Both the position numbers and the translations under genes were made by a program. 64,000 bases of DNA. Origin: the human T2T-CHM13v2.0 reference genome, Homo sapiens. The stretch is from the NCBI RefSeq assembly GCF_009914755.1, contig NC_060926.1; one strand, given 5' to 3'. Under the pieces are notes generated by a model. The model was not told the origin of the DNA and made no database searches. It saw nothing but the letters and a program-made list of their open reading frames with translations. Positions 1-13,077 of this stretch are shown here, one piece after another (the stretch's first letter is position 1; each line of letters begins with the position of its first letter).

Positions 1-99
1 CTTCTGTTTGCTACTTTTTCTTCTTTCTCTCCTTACCCTCATAAACACTCAGCAGGCTGTGAGTGAATTCAAAAGCCCAAAGTGCTCAGGTGCTGGGCA

Positions 100-330
100 G
101 GAGCTCCAGGCTGGACACCCTGCGATAGCACCCAGGTCTGTCACGTAACAGCTGTGTGGCCATGGGTGAGCGGCAACCCATGTCTCTCTGTGTCTCAGTT
201 TCCTCGTCTGCAGATGAGGATGATCATAGTATCAACCTCATGGGGTGTGGAGAAGTTTAACGAGGTAATACATGTGCCTCTCACATAGCACATGACGATC
301 TTCCACACTCATTGCATGTTAGTTCTGACT
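100..330 (+). mobile_element. MIR SINE fragment
   Basis: MIR core-like 'ctctgtgtctcagtttcctcgtctgcagatgaggatgatcatagt...acctcatgggg'. Boundaries approximate. Confidence 0.7.
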
Positions 331-879
331 TTCATCATCGTGAGTAGCATGTGCACAAGAAAGACGATGTAGGCTTTGCAAACAAAAACAAAACCTCAGG
401 AGATACCAAATGTTTGCTTCAGTACATGTCTGTTCACATTTTTAGTGTTGGTATTTCTCATTGGAAGAGAAAAAATACTATTATTTGAAAAAGTGGTAAA
501 GCAAGAAAAGCATTTACTTTGATTTTTATATAATAGAAACCAAATGGTTGATGAAGGAACGTTTTCTGTAGAGAAGTCCTCTGAATAATAAATTAAGAAT
601 GATAGAGTATCATCTGTAACCTTGGATAAATGCTGGATGTAGGCCATGGGCATCACTGGCTGCTAAAGCCATGAGGTGAGAGGGTTGAGGGGAGACTTCC
701 TAATAGTTTGGTCAGGCTGACAACCTGGGCAACATGCGTCCCTGTGCTGCCAACTGTAAGGCTACAGAATGGGAGGCAACCAGACATTGCACGCCATCTT
801 CTCAAGAAGATGCCACAAGATCAAAGCTGCGGTGGCTTAGGTCTCTGCATTAACCACCAGTTTGCAGGAAACTCAGAGG

Positions 880-1730
<851 letters not shown>

Positions 1731-1929
1731 ATAACATAAAGAACTTGAAATGAGAAGGATGTGTCATTACATTTCCCAGGTCTCAGTTGACAAAATTAAA
1801 TGAAGAAACAAAGACAAAGAACCCAGCTCCCTGGGTATGCGGCAATAGAGCAAGATGGTGCTGGGGACGCCAGCTCCCAGCAGCCTCAGAGGTGGATGCA
1901 TCAGCTCAGTGAATGTGCTGTCACTCTGG

Positions 1930-2112
1930 GCAGGAACTCTGCATTAATGTGCATATGAATTTGTGGGGTACTTATTAAAATTTTTTATATCCAGGCCCTA
2001 TACTAGAAATTCTGATACCTTAGGACTCGAATGGAGCTCCAAGGAGAATGAAAAGCAAAGTTGGGGTTCTAACGGAAGTGGTCCGAGAACCGTTCTTTGA
2101 ATACTGGTTTAG
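1930..2112. mobile_element. MER5-like hAT-Charlie DNA transposon remnant
   Basis: 'cttattaaaa...ccaggccctatactagaaattctgata...tggtccgagaaccgttctttgaatactgg' resembles MER5A/B but is highly diverged. Confidence 0.45.
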
Positions 2113-2242
2113 GGCCAGGTGATCTTCCTGGTAGTTTCGGAAGCAGGCACACTTGGTGGCGTTTACGTTCAGGATAGACTCGCTTAGCCAATGTCCAATT
2201 TCACAGACCAGTGTTTCCGGCCAGAAGTCAGTCTGTGCATCT
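2019..2242 (-). other. Candidate non-coding exon (unverified)
   Basis: Minus-strand acceptor ttcatttgtgtttcctgcAG before 2242 and donor AAG|GTATCA after 2019, giving 224 nt. No transcript evidence available. Confidence 0.15.
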
Positions 2243-2382
2243 CTGCAGGAAACACAAATGAATTTGGACTCCAAACTCAGCTCAGACCAGCAAGCTCACC
2301 AGAGTCCTCCCTGAAGGCAGACCTCCATGGGGCGCCAGATGATATTAGCAACAGAACCAAGTTAGAACACGGGAAGTGGGGT

Positions 2383-2600
2383 GGGTAGGTAGGGAATGCA
2401 GACAGTGCCTGCGGTCCACAGAGAAGGTCAGGTGGGAATGCAGGTGGTGCCTGGGGTCCACGGAGAAAGGGGTCAGGTGGGAATGCAGGTGGTGTCTAGG
2501 GTCCACAGAGAAAAGGGATCGGGTAGTAATACAGACAGTGCCCGCGGTCCACAGAGAAGGAGGTCGGGCAGGAATGCAGGTGGTGCTCGTGGTCCACAGC
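2383..2600. repeat. Minisatellite, ~45-bp unit x5
   Basis: Degenerate copies of ggtcaggtgggaatgcaggtggtgcctggggtccacagagaaagg. Confidence 0.9.
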
Positions 2601-3029
2601 AGCTGAGCCCTTGCTGACTCACCCCTCAGAGGGCAGCAGGGCTGAGGCTCTGCTCATATCCAGGTCACCCCTCTTCCTGGGCACACAGGATGCCTGCACC
2701 TCCCAGTTTCCAGGGCAGTGGATTGGGGTCTGGATCTGACTCTGACTAAGGGAACACTGTGGCCTGGCCCAAAGCGTGCTGCACGGTTTTCATGGCCCTG
2801 CTAATTTCTGGAAGACTCAGATTCCGCAGGGCAGGGCCACACACTGAAGGGGCTGCCCAGCTGGCATTAAGTTGTGACATGAGCAAGGAATAAACTTTTA
2901 TCTGGGTTCTGCTTTCTGAGTTCATTTCTGAATTCATGTTTTAAACAGCCTAGTCTATTCCAACTCATTCGGATCCTGGCCACATTTACAGGCGTCGGAA
3001 ATGTTCTCTTGCTCTCAGGTGGCTGTTTG

Positions 3030-3153
3030 ACTTCTACTTTTATCAGTGCTCGCAGTAACTTGACTTGCCACCCTGTGACCTCTTGATCTGTAACCCCGTG
3101 ACCTTGGAAAGGTGGCAAATAAATTTACTGCCCGCACTGATAAAAGTAGAAGT
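3030..3153. repeat. Inverted repeat, 43-bp arms with 38-bp spacer
   Basis: 3030-3072 matches the reverse complement of 3111-3153 at 38/43 positions. Confidence 0.9.
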
Positions 3154-3226
3154 GGAGGCCTTCATTACCACCCCATTAGGTCTTCAATGGAGATCAGAGC
3201 TCCAGGTAGAATGTAGAAATAAGATC

Positions 3227-3412
3227 TTGGCTAAGTGGGTCTATCTGCAGAATAAACTCCACCTAGTACACCTGCTTCTGAAACTACCAGCAGGACCACC
3301 TGACCCTAAATGAGCATTGTTTAAAGAACGGTTCTGGGACCACCTCCATTAGAACCCCCAACCTTGTTTTTCTTTCTACATGGGGCTCTGATCTCTGTTC
3401 GAGACCCGAGGT
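3227..3412. repeat. Inverted duplicate of 2017-2191
   Basis: Manual alignment gives about 78-80% identity over ~175 bp with a few short indels. Confidence 0.88.
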
Positions 3413-3603
3413 GGGGGCCTTCATCACCACCCTGCTGGCTAAGATGCCATCTCTTACCCTACCTGCCTCAGTTATACTTATTCATATTTTCTGTAAGAGC
3501 AAATCATCAGTTGCAAATCTGTGACAAGGCATTTTGAAGACTTATCACTGAAATACAATTTATGTTGCCTGACAGTAGTTGCAATTAAGTAAGAAACAAA
3601 ACA

Positions 3604-4008
<405 letters not shown>

Positions 4009-5448
4009 TTAGTGGTCCATGACAAAGAGGAAATGGGACCAGGTGTAAATTTTATGTCTGTGAGCAAAGTTCTTGCTTCTCTTTTTCATTGAGAGAAATA
4101 ATTTTTTTCCTCATAATTCTTATTCATGCATGTTTCTTGTAGTGAAAAATGACCTCAATATCATCCCCTACAGCAATACACATATTTTTATAAAAGAATA
4201 CATATAATTTATATAAATTTAATTTCTTATGGATATTAAACAGAAATAGTGTACGTAATTTAGCTCTTTTTAATGAACTTGGCTAATTCAGATGATTTGA
4301 TTGTGGTGATGCAGTAAAGCTGTTGGAGTGTTTAAGGCCATATATGTGAATAGGCGTTTGTTTTTTGTTTTTCATTGTGTTTTTTTCTTATAGTTATGTC
4401 CATATTATTTGTCTTCTGAACCCTCTTCCTCTTTCCCTTTCTTCATTTCTTCCTTCCTGTGGTTTTACTTTTTTAGGTCTTTTAAGTATTCCCTTGGAAC
4501 TTATCATTTCCTGCTGCCATTTGTGTTTCATTTTGTTTTTATCTAACACCTGTTTTATGCATCCTGTTTGGATGAGGGTGGCTTGCACGACTATGAACAA
4601 AACACGTGGGGATCATGACATCTCTTTGCTGCTTCATCAGTGTGGGTCCGAGCTGTCCGAGTTTCCTAAACACCTGACTTCTGAGCCACTGAGGGTGTCA
4701 ACACTGGCTCTCATTTTTTGGTTACTTTCCAAGACTTAGCACAATGCCTCACATAGGGTAGCCACCCCAGATTGTCAGTTGACCAACTATCCTTTTTATT
4801 TTCTGTGTGGGAATGAATGAGAAGAAATACCATCTGCATAAACTTGTGACATTCTGCAACGTGCTTTCAGGGCATATGAAAGAAAGACACGTGCTGTCAA
4901 CAGACGATAGACATGGTTTTCAGAAGCACATACACGCCGTTGCTCAAAGACAGAGCTTGCCTTTAGCCCTTGCCTTTAGGACTGCATTCCATGTACACAA
5001 GTTTCCAAACACAGTGTCCTGCTAGAACAGTTTATTTTCATGAATTGGACATGGAACACATCAATGCACTGTGACAGAAGGAAAGAAGGGCACTCAAAGT
5101 TCACCTGCAGCTTCACCAATAAACACTTTGGCTTAGAAAACTGTTTGGCGGGGCTCTTTCCTCCTAACCTGTAGGTAAGGGGCAGTCAAGGCCTGCCAGC
5201 TGCTTTCCTGGATGAGTCTCTGCTGGAAGGGGGGCCTGCGCCAGCTCTCCAGGGGCACCAGAAGTGGAGCTCACGGGCCTCCCCAGCCAAAGACAATTAG
5301 TATTTCCTTAAGTTGGAAAGGAGATTTCAAGTTCTATGATCTACCTCTGACAGTTTAAAGTATGTCTGTAAGGAAATGGATGCAGTAAGGTTACTTTGCA
5401 ACTTTGTCCATATTAGACACCAAGTACGGGTGGGGTACACAAACCAAT

Positions 5449-5575
5449 CACACACACACACACACACGTGCACACATACACACATACACATGCACATACA
5501 CACACACACACACGTGCACACAGGTGACCACAGACATCCACATGCCACACACATTTTCCTGAACCTCACAGACAT
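5449..5575. repeat. Compound (CA)n-rich microsatellite
   Basis: Interrupted CA/TA/TG alternation. Confidence 0.9.
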
Positions 5576-5954
5576 TGTGGCAAGCTCACACCTAAATATG
5601 TCAACATTTATCTTCTAAGAAGAAAACACATTCTCTCACATCACCAATGCGTAATTTCAACAGAAAAGGAAGTTAATATTATTTAAATCATAAAATATAC
5701 AGAATATTGGGAATATTCACATTTCCCCAACTGTCCATATGTCCTTTATAGCTGTTTTAATGTATAAAACATAACTAGGATATATAAAAGGAAAATAAAG
5801 TTTTCCTTTATTATTCTAAAGAATTTCTTCCACAATTGCTGCTGTTTTCTCACGTTGTCATCTCATAGCTGTTTCTTGAATGTTGTATTCAAAAATACTT
5901 TTTAGAAATAATTTTGAGATTCTGATCTTTATTATTGAAGAAGTAAATAAGTAA

Positions 5955-6165
5955 TAATAAAATCTTTTATTTTTCTACTTTGTAAATTTTTATTTTTCTA
6001 CTGTGTAAATCTTTTATTTTTCTACTTTGTAAATAATAAAATCTTTTATTTTTCTACTTTGTAAAAAAATAAAATCTTTTATTTTTCTACTTTGTAAAAA
6101 AATAAAATCTTTTATTTTTCTACTTTGTAAAAAAATAAAATCTTTTATTTTTCTACTTTGTAAAG
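5955..6165. repeat. AT-rich minisatellite, 33-bp unit (~6 copies, the first ones shorter)
   Basis: Unit aataaaatcttttatttttctactttgtaaaaa. Produces the QSRKIKDFIFL repeat ORF. Confidence 0.92.
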
Positions 6166-6664
6166 TTTTAAAGTACAGAATTTTAGAAAGAAGAGCATGC
6201 ATGAAATATTATGAGAGCTATGGGGAAAACTAAAGTCATTAAAAGGTAATTGTGTTTATTAGGCAGACGTTGTTAACTAGAAAATCCGATAGGAGAATTT
6301 CTCCCTCTTCTTATATTTATTTCCTTCCTCGTCTCCTTATTTCCTTTCTTAATTATCTAGCCTGCCTCCCTGTTTTCTTCCTTCCCTCCTCTCTCTCCCA
6401 CCGTTATAAACTCATGAACCAGCGAGGCTGTTTTGTCTACAGGTCACTCAGATAAGTCCTCATTAAACAGGAAGCCCTCTTCAAACACTCTCCTATGGCC
6501 TCCCTCCCAGCCTCCACCACCATCACTGCCATTTTGTTTATCTACTCCTGTCACTTAGCTCTGATCCTATTTAGATTGATACATCTCTATGTTAGCAATA
6601 AATATTGAATAAGACTCTACATGCATAACTGTGTATTATAATGAGGGGAGAAGGGGTGGCAATG

Positions 6665-6845
6665 CATGGGTTTCAGAGTCAGAATTGAAATCCAGAGCTG
6701 TTATTCTCTGGCTGCGACCTTGGTCAAGTCATTTAAGCTATGGATCCTCAGTCTCCTTATTTGTAAAACTGCATGAATAATCCCTTTCTACCTAAAACAA
6801 AGGGCCAGTGAGGATACATTAGATTGGTTATGGGAAAGTACTCTT
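6665..6845 (+). mobile_element. MIR SINE
   Basis: 'gagtcagaattgaaatcc...gaccttggtcaagtcatttaag...cctcagtctccttatttgtaaaa'. Confidence 0.7.
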
Positions 6846-9219
6846 TCACGTTTCTTTTAAATTTTGTTTTTTGAATATGAGATACATTTACATCATTCAA
6901 AAATAAAGAAACAAATTAAGAAATGAATGAACAAGAACAATGAAAACATTTCCCCTCAACCTGCCTTTCCCTTTAGTAACCCCCACATAAAAACATTTTT
7001 TTAGTTTGTCTATCCTATATTTTTTATGCAAATACAAGCAAATACATATGTGTGTGCGAAGTCATAGTTTTGCTTCTCTTCTGCATCCTGCTTTTTTCTT
7101 TAACAAAATGTTCTTAAAATCTTTCTGCATGGGTTCAGAGTGCGTCATTTTCCACATAGCTGCATAGTAAGTGAAGGCACTTTGATTGAATAGCATAAAG
7201 CATAACACAGATGTAAATCAGGTCACTTCCGCCTCCGTCTTTTATGGCGAGGCAAGTGTGTCTTGGGTTCTTTATGAATAATAATGAGGGTAACCAGGGT
7301 TTAAAGGGCTGGTGCTTCTTGCCAGCCGCTGCGCTGCAGGTTTTACAGGCATTAGTGTGTGTAACCCTCAATGACCCTGTGACGTGGGAAACACTCACTG
7401 TTTTACATATGAAACCCCCAGGTTTTGAGGGGTGAGTGTAGAATTTGTATATGTTTTCAAAGCTGTACTGTGAAGCCTTTTTGCTCTTCTCCTCTGTTGG
7501 ACGCAATGATGTCTGAATCCCACCTGGATCTGCACAGCGTTGCTGCACTGTAAGCCCACCACACACACCTTCACCTTCTTCAAACCAAATACCTCTGTCT
7601 TCCTGGAGACCCTGAACAACTTCTCCTGGACTCTGTCAACAGCTCCCTGTCCTCCAGGCACTGGCGTTAGCTCCTCCAATCCACACTTCACACTGGGAAA
7701 TCAAACCCTGTCTCCTCTTTGCTTAAACTCACCCATGGTCTCTCACCATCTACAGAGCTCAACCTAAACTCACCACGCCCACCCTGCCTTCCCTCCCGCT
7801 TCCCGCTCCCAAACCTCTGGCCTTTCCTGATGCTGTTACCACATCTGAACTGTGCTTGTCTAAGTCAGAAGACATCCTTGGAGCCAGCCTGGGAGGTAAC
7901 TCTCCAGCCCTCCACGCCTTCTCCAGGAACACTCAGATTCTCCCCTTTGGGGTGGCTTCATCCTCCTGACTTTGCAGCTCCTTCTCCAGGTGTTCTCTTG
8001 TTGTGGTTGTTGTTATACTCTCACCCTTATTAAATGGCTCAACAAGAACAGCTTTTCTGCAGAATTCTCTGATTCCATTTCTATATAACATCTGGCATGT
8101 AGTAGTTGACTCAAACATACGTTATATAAATGCATAGGTTGTGTGTATGGATGGGGCATTTCAAATAATTCACTTAACAATGCATTTTATTTTAAAAAAA
8201 AATAGGCATTTACTTCATTTAGATATGTGTTAAAATTTTATCCCTTCACTTGCACCTACAAACAACCACAAATGAGAAACTCAAAAAAACAGGTGACTTC
8301 ACATCGGTGGGATCAGTGTGTGTAGACCTATGAGGCACATGTAGATCTATGAGTAACTCTGCAGAACGGTGTGGGCTCAACAGGAGGAGGAAGCACAGGC
8401 ATCCCAGAGGCTCCAGGTCAGAGGGATGTGCAGTAAAAAAGACGGAAGTTTGTGTGATGAGGGTGTGCATTGTGTTTCATTTAAAAGAGTACTACGTGTG
8501 CATGCTAGGAAGCCAAGTGACAAGTCATAGCCGAACATAAAAAGTAATTCTTTCTGCTACTTTTGACCTTCAGTTAAAAGCACTTGTTAGGTGTGTTGGG
8601 GTGCATATGGAAAGTTCTGGATCTTACTTTCACACTTCATACACTTACTGCAGGTCCTTGCACATCAGCTGTTTCTAAATTGTGAGCAAATGAAAACAAG
8701 GCTTTACACAGTAAGGTAACGCACTCATCCATTGCTGAGACTGATATTTTTTGGGTGTCTCTACACAATAGACATAGCAAACAATGTGCTGAGAGCTGGG
8801 TACACAAATAAGCCACTCTCCACCTTCAGTGCCCCAAGCTCTCCAAATGCTTCAGATGACCCTGAAGTGCTTTGGATAAAAGATGCTGACATGGAGAGTG
8901 GTCAGCCCTGAGCGTGTTTTACTCCAAATCCAGAATCAGTGTTCTCGGTTGTTTGTGCTTCTGCTACCTGAGAGCAATTCTCCTTTTTCCAAGAGTTTTT
9001 ACTTCCAAGAAATAATGGAGGCCAGACCCAACTCAAAACTTTCTAATGCTCAGTCCCGAGGCCCTAGAGCCAGGTGATGCAGTTGGTGGTCTTCACTGGG
9101 GAGCTGCTATCTGAAGGGGAACCTGGTACCTCTGTCCACTTCTTATTTTAAAAACAATACAGTTCTGGGAAATTCTAAAACATCTTCTGTGTTTCAAGGA
9201 CTAAATTTAGTGATTTAGA

Positions 9220-9385
9220 CACTTATAACATGTAATCCTTGTAACAGTTCTATTAAGAAGCAATTATTATGTCCATTTTACTGATGGGGAAACTGAAACT
9301 CAGGTTCAAGGAGACAAGCAACTTCTCTGCAGATGATGGGGTAGAATTAGGATTTGTTCTCCAGTCTGACATCCTATAACTTTCT
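9220..9385 (-). mobile_element. MIR SINE
   Basis: 'tattatgtccattttactgatggggaaactgaaactcagg...ggtagaattaggatttg'. Confidence 0.7.
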
Positions 9386-10456
9386 AGGAAATATCTGCTG
9401 GACACTGAACTACTTACAGGAACAGCAGACCTTTTCTCTCTAAGCTCCTTGGGCAGTGTGGTAGGAGCACACTCTGCAGGTTGTGTTTCCGCTCTCTCAA
9501 TCACCTCTTTTGGCTTTTTCTGTAATAATGTATTACCATGTACAATACTACCTTAAAGATACACAGATTCTACCAAGTCATCTCAGTGGAAAATGTCAAC
9601 TAATACTCTGTGTTTTGGCTAAATCACATATGATACAGATTCACATGCCAAATAAGATTTTTTAAAGTCCGAGGCAAACATAAGGAGGCTTTAAAAACAT
9701 CTACGGCATCGTTAACATCTTTTTCAGCATTAACCTTTTTATCGAGCTGGTGGCATACAGTCCCCTGCAACCGGAAATCGTTCTCTTTTGTGTTTGGTAT
9801 TTTATTCTCCATGTTTGCTATGGTTTTTTTTTAAATTCACATGTTTACATTTTTTTTTGTAGTTGCAGAGGATGTGGGAAAACAGGCCGAATGGAATCCC
9901 ACCCCACCCGGTTGTGTGGCCTGGTCCTGTCAAGTGGTCACGCCCGGCTCTGCCCCACGGACTGCTGACCGGCATCCCTCACCCTTCCGGGAAGATGTTT
10001 TCTTTTGGCTTATGCGCGGTTTTATGGACAGAACTCCCTCTGTATCCAGGCGTGGAAACACCCCTTCCAGTTGGATTTAGTTTGGTTTCACATCCCACAC
10101 AGTTTTCAGGATGATATTTCTAGTCAGACAGGGTGATACAGGCATAAACGCACTAGAAACATTTTCTCCTCTTGAAATCTTTTGAGTCTCTTGAATTCTG
10201 CTCTGATTTCCACAGAGGTGGCAACCTTGCTCTCTTCATCCTTCTTTCAGACTTTGTGGAAGCTTCTGCTAGCTCCACCCTGGGTACCACGCTCACGTAT
10301 CAGCAAAGGGCTTGCCTGGGAGTAGCACATCTGTGGACAGTAGCTTTAGACTGTCATGCGAGTTTGCAAGGATCTGCTCACCCAGGGAGGAGTCAGGGAA
10401 CATCTCTCTTCCAAAACTGACTGTGGCTATTTCAGAACTGGGAACTTAAGTCTTCA

Positions 10457-10727
10457 CCATGGGTTGACAAACTCAAGCCCACAGGCCAAATCTGTTCTCT
10501 ACCGACGCTGTAAATAAGGGTTGACAAACTTAGGCCCACGGGCCAAATCTGTTCTCTACTGATGCAGTAAATAAAGTTTTATTGTCAGGTGGCCATGCCA
10601 TTTGCTCGCTGTTGCCTGTGGCTCATTTCAGACAGCGGTGGCAGTGATGAGCAGTTGCACGGAGACCACTCCCTCCACAAAGTCTAAAATCATCTCTGGT
10701 TCTACAAAAAAATGTTGGCCCACCAGG
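10457..10727 (+). mobile_element. MER58A-like hAT-Charlie element with a duplicated 5' end
   Basis: 'gggttgacaaact..gcccac.ggccaaatc...gtaaataaagttttatt...gcagttgcacggagacc...caaagtctaaaat'. The first 57 bp are tandemly duplicated. Confidence 0.8.
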
Positions 10728-11808
10728 TCTATGTAACACGATGATTTACAAATTGCCATTTTATAGCTTATTATGTGAAGATGTATTTTCATTAACATAG
10801 CAATGTATTCCCATTCTATAATGCTAAATCTATTTATTTCTATGTACTGTTTTACATATATTTCATTCTATCACCCATTTACTAAAGTACTTATGACATA
10901 CATAGAGAAAATAGATATTGACCATCCCCTGAGAGTCAAACACTAATCTTTAAAAAATGAGAACATGGATAACAAATCCCAGAAATCAGAGGCTCTATGT
11001 CTGCGCCCTTCACAGTGTGTGGCTGTCATGGTGACCTTTATGCATTGTTACCATAGCCCCGAAAGTGAGAAATGATTGGTGAGGACTGATGAGGACTGAA
11101 TGAAGAGAGTGAGGACTGAGTGGAAAGATCGACGTGAAATGCAAGCACTGGTTGTGCGTCTTGCTCTTATTATTATCTAATTGGATCTGGAGGCCCCTGG
11201 AGACCTTTGGGTGACAAGCTTGTCTTACACCCAGAAGGGTCTGCTCACCCGGGGCCTGGCTGGAGGGGTCCCGGCGGACACTCCACTGAGGATGGCAGTC
11301 TCCAGGGCAAAGCAGGACAGGATTTCAGCTGCTAGAACCTCGAGATCTCTTTTTTCCCCTAACCAAGTCCAACTTGCTCTCCCACCCTGAAAATGGACAT
11401 CTCTCAAAATCAAAGGTGATGCCTCAGCTGAGAACCCTACTGAAAGCCAAGTATAAACATGGATGTTGCTTGCAAAACCAGCTTACTCTTTCTCCTTGTG
11501 GTTTCATTTAATTCTGGGTGAGATTTGTATTTGAATGCTTTATCTCAAACTACATTGAGCATCCTTATTTAAATGTGAACATCTAACTCAATGCCAGAAT
11601 GCCAGTTCAACAAAGCCACATGTAAACATTACACCCTTATAAAATATTTCACTAAACGTCCTTAACTTATTACTAAAATTCAATGAGATGAGATAAACAA
11701 GATAGCTTGGATGTATGAAACACCTACAGTTCAGAAACTTTAACTGCTTCTGAAGCCAAGTATGCATGAACACTCAATGTGAATAGCTTCTTTTGTTTTT
11801 TTCTTTTT

Positions 11809-11836
11809 GTCGTCGTCGTTGTTGTTGTTGTTGTTT
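11809..11836. repeat. (GTC)3(GTT)n trinucleotide microsatellite
   Basis: Directly visible. Confidence 0.85.
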
Positions 11837-12796
11837 TAACCTCGGGGAAATGTACGATTAAACATAATGCCTTCCCCAAACGGAACCAATGAGTGCAGTG
11901 AGTTTCTTCAGGGAAAATGAATAGGGTATAGATGAGAAAATAATTAGAACAACTGTGACCTATTACAGCAGTTCATAAAGCTCTCAAAGCCTGCAGCACC
12001 CACAAGCTTGCAGCATATGGAAGACAATCCCAGCCTCTAATTTCTGTGCAGTGGTAAGTAGTTCTATTATCAGACAGGCAAATGGGGCGGTCGGCAGACA
12101 AATAAATCACAATTGCACAGTGAACCTTAAAATGCACACCACAGCTTTCCTTATAGAGCATGCTGAGAAATTGCCATTTTTACCAGAATTTTCTTCTGCT
12201 ATTCATCAGAGTAACATATATAAAAGTACTTCTAAATGTGAGTATTGAGAAGATAATACCAGAGTTCCCATTCCATTCACTCGTTCAGAACCAACGACTT
12301 TACAGGATCTGAGATTTGGGCCATATTTCAGTCTTGTCGACCTCCAGCCCTAAAAATATGTGCTGCCAGGCAGCAGCCACTAGGTATGCGCCAATCTCTT
12401 CCCTCCCCAATCCTCCAAATCAGACCCCACATGCTTTACTAACCAGTTCCTTCTGCTGCAAGTGTAGATTCTGTGTGCAGTGATTCTACATGAGCCATTT
12501 CCACGTGAGGGTCATGGGCACCATTCCCTCCCCACTGGCCACCCCGAGGCATCCTCTCAGCACCCACAAGGAGGCTCACATCATTCCTGCCCTATAGAAC
12601 TTCAGCAGTGATGCCTCATCTAATTTAACTGCAAAGGACTCTTTTTGGCATGAATTGTCTCTTTGGAGAGGATGCGCAATGCAACTTTTAACTGCCTCCC
12701 GGAAGCCATGAAGCACCAGGCAGCTAAGATGAAAGTATTTACTCAAAGCAGCAAATGGGACAAGCACCAGAGGAGGGGCTGCCTGCAGCAATCCTG

Positions 12797-13077
12797 GGAG
12801 CCCCGTGCTGGGCAGGAGTACCTGCACTCTGTGGCCAGGAGCCCCGTGCTGGGCAGGGGTACCTGTACTCTGTCGCCAGGAGCCCCGTGCTGGGCAGGGG
12901 TACCTGCACTGTCACCAGGAGCCCCTTGCTGGGCAGGGATACCTGTGCTCTGTCGCCAGGAGCCCCTTGCTGGGCAGGGGTACCTGCACTGTGGCCAGAA
13001 GCCCCGTGCTGGGCAGGGGCACCTGCACTCTGTCACCAGGAGCCCCGTGCTGGGCAGAGGTACCTGCACTGTTGCCG
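12797..13077. repeat. GC-rich minisatellite, 41/39-bp units x7
   Basis: Unit ggagccccgtgctgggcaggggtacctgcact(ct)gtcgcca, with lengths 41,41,39,41,39,41,39. Confidence 0.95.

Noticed and set aside
9853-10120. Plus-strand exon after ttttttttgtagttgcag
   Set aside because: An acceptor-like site and locally higher GC exist, but there is no convincing donor and no protein similarity.
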